A stretch of 63,761 bases of DNA, the filler included, from Rhabdomonas costata (lineage: Eukaryota): NCBI GenBank assembly GCA_019059605.1. It is 57 parts of 57 records of this genome, joined end to end, with 100 filler letters (N's around TTAATTAATTAA, not from the genome) between each part and the next. Parts side by side here need not be neighbours in the genome. Positions count along the whole stretch, not along the records: positions 62,744 to 63,761 come from JAHMHO010033142.1; 56 more parts are not named here. One strand, given 5' to 3'. Positions 63,054-63,761 of the stretch are shown piece by piece; positions within the stretch are counted from its first letter, which is position 1; each line of letters begins with the position of its first letter. Made by a program: the position numbers and the translations under genes. The notes below the pieces were generated by a model. That model saw only the letters and a program-made list of their open reading frames with translations, had not been told where the DNA came from and searched no databases.

Positions 63054-63093
<40 letters not shown>
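63054..63093 (+). repeat. (GT)n microsatellite; others near 24805-24834, 39451-39476 and 62875-62896
   Basis: Seen directly. Confidence 0.95.
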
Positions 63094-63095
<2 letters not shown>

Positions 63096-63761
63096 AAAGC
63101 GGGAGCAAGCCCGGAATGGGATTGAGGACCCAGACCCTCAAGGGGCAGTGTACAAACGCGGAAGGTTGGGTTCCTACAGAGATCACCAAACACGCCATTT
63201 GGGGTTCCCAAGCCAACCCCATGTGTGAAGAGAGAGGGACAAGGCACCATGGACCGACAAGGGTGTGAGGCCCGATGGGCCCATACCCAAAGCCCACTGG
63301 GGAGGAAGTGGGTCTCGAGTCCTCCCCCACAAAAAAATTCCCCCTAGCCAAGTGCGTACGTGTGGTTGTTTTGCAACGTCCCTGCTGTGTTTTTGTCTCC
63401 GCAAAAAAGGCAGTCGTGCTCGGGATGCTTGGATTTGGATCGGTGGACAACTGCGATCGGCTACCTTTTTGGATGTCCAAAACCTTGTCAGTATTGCCCG
63501 AAAGTCATCCAGGGGTAATGGAGAGGCTTCGCTTCGAAACTCGTCCCATTGCAGAACTCTTGGGTAATGATGACCGGGATCTGTGGTGATCCTGGTGATC
63601 CCTGTGACTGTGTGAATGTTTGCAGGTTTCCTGAGAACCTCCGCCCAGCGGAAGAGGGGTAATGCGTGTCCCTCCCGCTGCAGGCTAAAAACAAATCACT
63701 CAGAAATGTTGACATGTTGCGCTCGCGGACAAAACAGATCGGGATGCAGTGATCAATGGTA

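Noticed and set aside
1..63761. tRNA, rRNA, spliced-leader gene, or a multi-gene system linking the ART, USP, UBZ and F-box genes
   Set aside because: No RNA gene or known spliced leader was recognised by eye, and adjacency between contigs is artificial, so no linkage can be inferred.

Overview
This window is not contiguous genome. It is 57 unrelated contigs of about 1.0 kb each, joined by 100-nt artificial spacers (N runs around the six-frame stop linker TTAATTAATTAA). Most contig ends carry G/T-only 5' or A/C-only 3' tails, and at least nine have terminal fold-backs, which points to degenerate-primer whole-genome amplification. The source is an intron-rich flagellated eukaryote with TTAGGG repeats and short GC-rich exons; a euglenozoan-like protist is an unproven inference. 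Most ORF-track calls are spurious, and real genes appear as isolated exons. Recognisable ones are GDP-mannose 4,6-dehydratase, WDR60, a CLC channel, an ABCB transporter, a carnitine acyltransferase, DUF4246, an OFCC1-like protein, an MDR dehydrogenase, and WD40, kelch, F-box/LRR and UBZ proteins. Also present are an arginine-type ADP-ribosyltransferase, a pseudo-USP and a protein alternating hnRNP-Q acidic-like domains with a CCCH finger. Mobile DNA includes a complete 410-bp Merlin (IS1595-like) deletion derivative with TIRs and an 8-bp TSD, a tyrosine-recombinase fragment and a gag zinc knuckle. The most notable signal is splicing: about six GC donors among roughly 30 inferred donors, and two introns that need non-AG acceptors to restore conserved motifs. 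No multi-gene system can be shown from 1-kb fragments. All homology calls come from motif recognition by eye, not database searches.
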